Positions 63,783 to 64,000 of a stretch of 64,000 bases of DNA are shown here, in pieces (within the stretch, counting starts at the first letter, position 1; each line of letters opens with the position of its first letter). The stretch comes from an uncultured Candidatus Binatia bacterium (GTDB lineage Bacteria > Desulfobacterota > Binatia > Bin18): assembly GCA_965200965.1 (NCBI GenBank), contig OZ241744.1:1248001-1312000 (forward strand). The letters run 5' to 3'. The notes below the pieces were generated by a model. It worked only from the letters and a program-made list of their open reading frames with translations. It had not been told where the DNA came from and did not search any database. A program made the translations under genes and the position numbers.

Positions 63783-63998
63783 TCACGCCGGGGCTTCGCC
63801 ATGCTGCCGGGAAACAATCGTGTAGCGGATGGCGGAAAGCGCAACGAAGACCAGCACTCCACCCACAATCAGCCCCGGCACCATCAGGGCCTTATACCAT
63901 GCCGCGACCTGAATGGGAAAGGCCAACAGGTGTGATGCCTGGCCCTCGAGTTCAACCATCACCCGGGCAACATAGTCTGTGCCCTTGGCAAAGACTAT
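63783..63998 (-). CDS. Partial (3' end) PmoD/AmoD-like membrane-anchored protein
   Basis: Manual translation IVFAKGTDYVARVMVELEGQASHLLAFPIQVAAWYKALMVPGLIVGGVLVFVALSAIRYTIVSRQHGEAPA*; runs off the window edge and is absent from the ORF track. Confidence 0.6.
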   Translation of the reverse strand: MVFAKGTDYVARVMVELEGQASHLLAFPIQVAAWYKALMVPGLIVGGVLVFVALSAIRYTIVSRQHGEAPA

Positions 63999-64000
63999 CT

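Overview
GC-rich bacterial chromosomal window, mostly housekeeping and secondary metabolism: pgm, dapL, hisF, moaC, bioFADB, nrdJ, hpt, hpnABG-like, trxA, mreBCD-mrdA-rodA, ppiD, larC and several LLM/F420-type oxidoreductases. Gene content suggests a deltaproteobacteria-like lineage, possibly Binatota (inference only). Two accessory systems stand out. (1) At the right end, a divergent copper membrane monooxygenase (CuMMO, pMMO/AMO family) cluster on the minus strand: partial pmoD-like ORF, xmoC, xmoA, a small unknown membrane ORF whose predicted mature N-terminus is His, xmoB, a two-domain multicopper oxidase and a His-rich cupredoxin, followed closely by LLM, NIPSNAP, CusF-like and larC genes. 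(2) A type I restriction-modification operon (16.4-25.4 kb) carrying a HEPN toxin whose MNT partner is fused to HsdS, plus a membrane protein/TPR-array pair between hsdS and hsdR. Also seen: a four-copy hairpin repeat with a covarying stem, a decayed selenocysteine peroxiredoxin with a SECIS-like hairpin, NrdR boxes with a 9-bp tandem expansion, and a low-GC two-gene islet. No rRNA, tRNA, CRISPR array, transposase or integrase was recognised. All calls come from motif recognition by eye; no searches were run.
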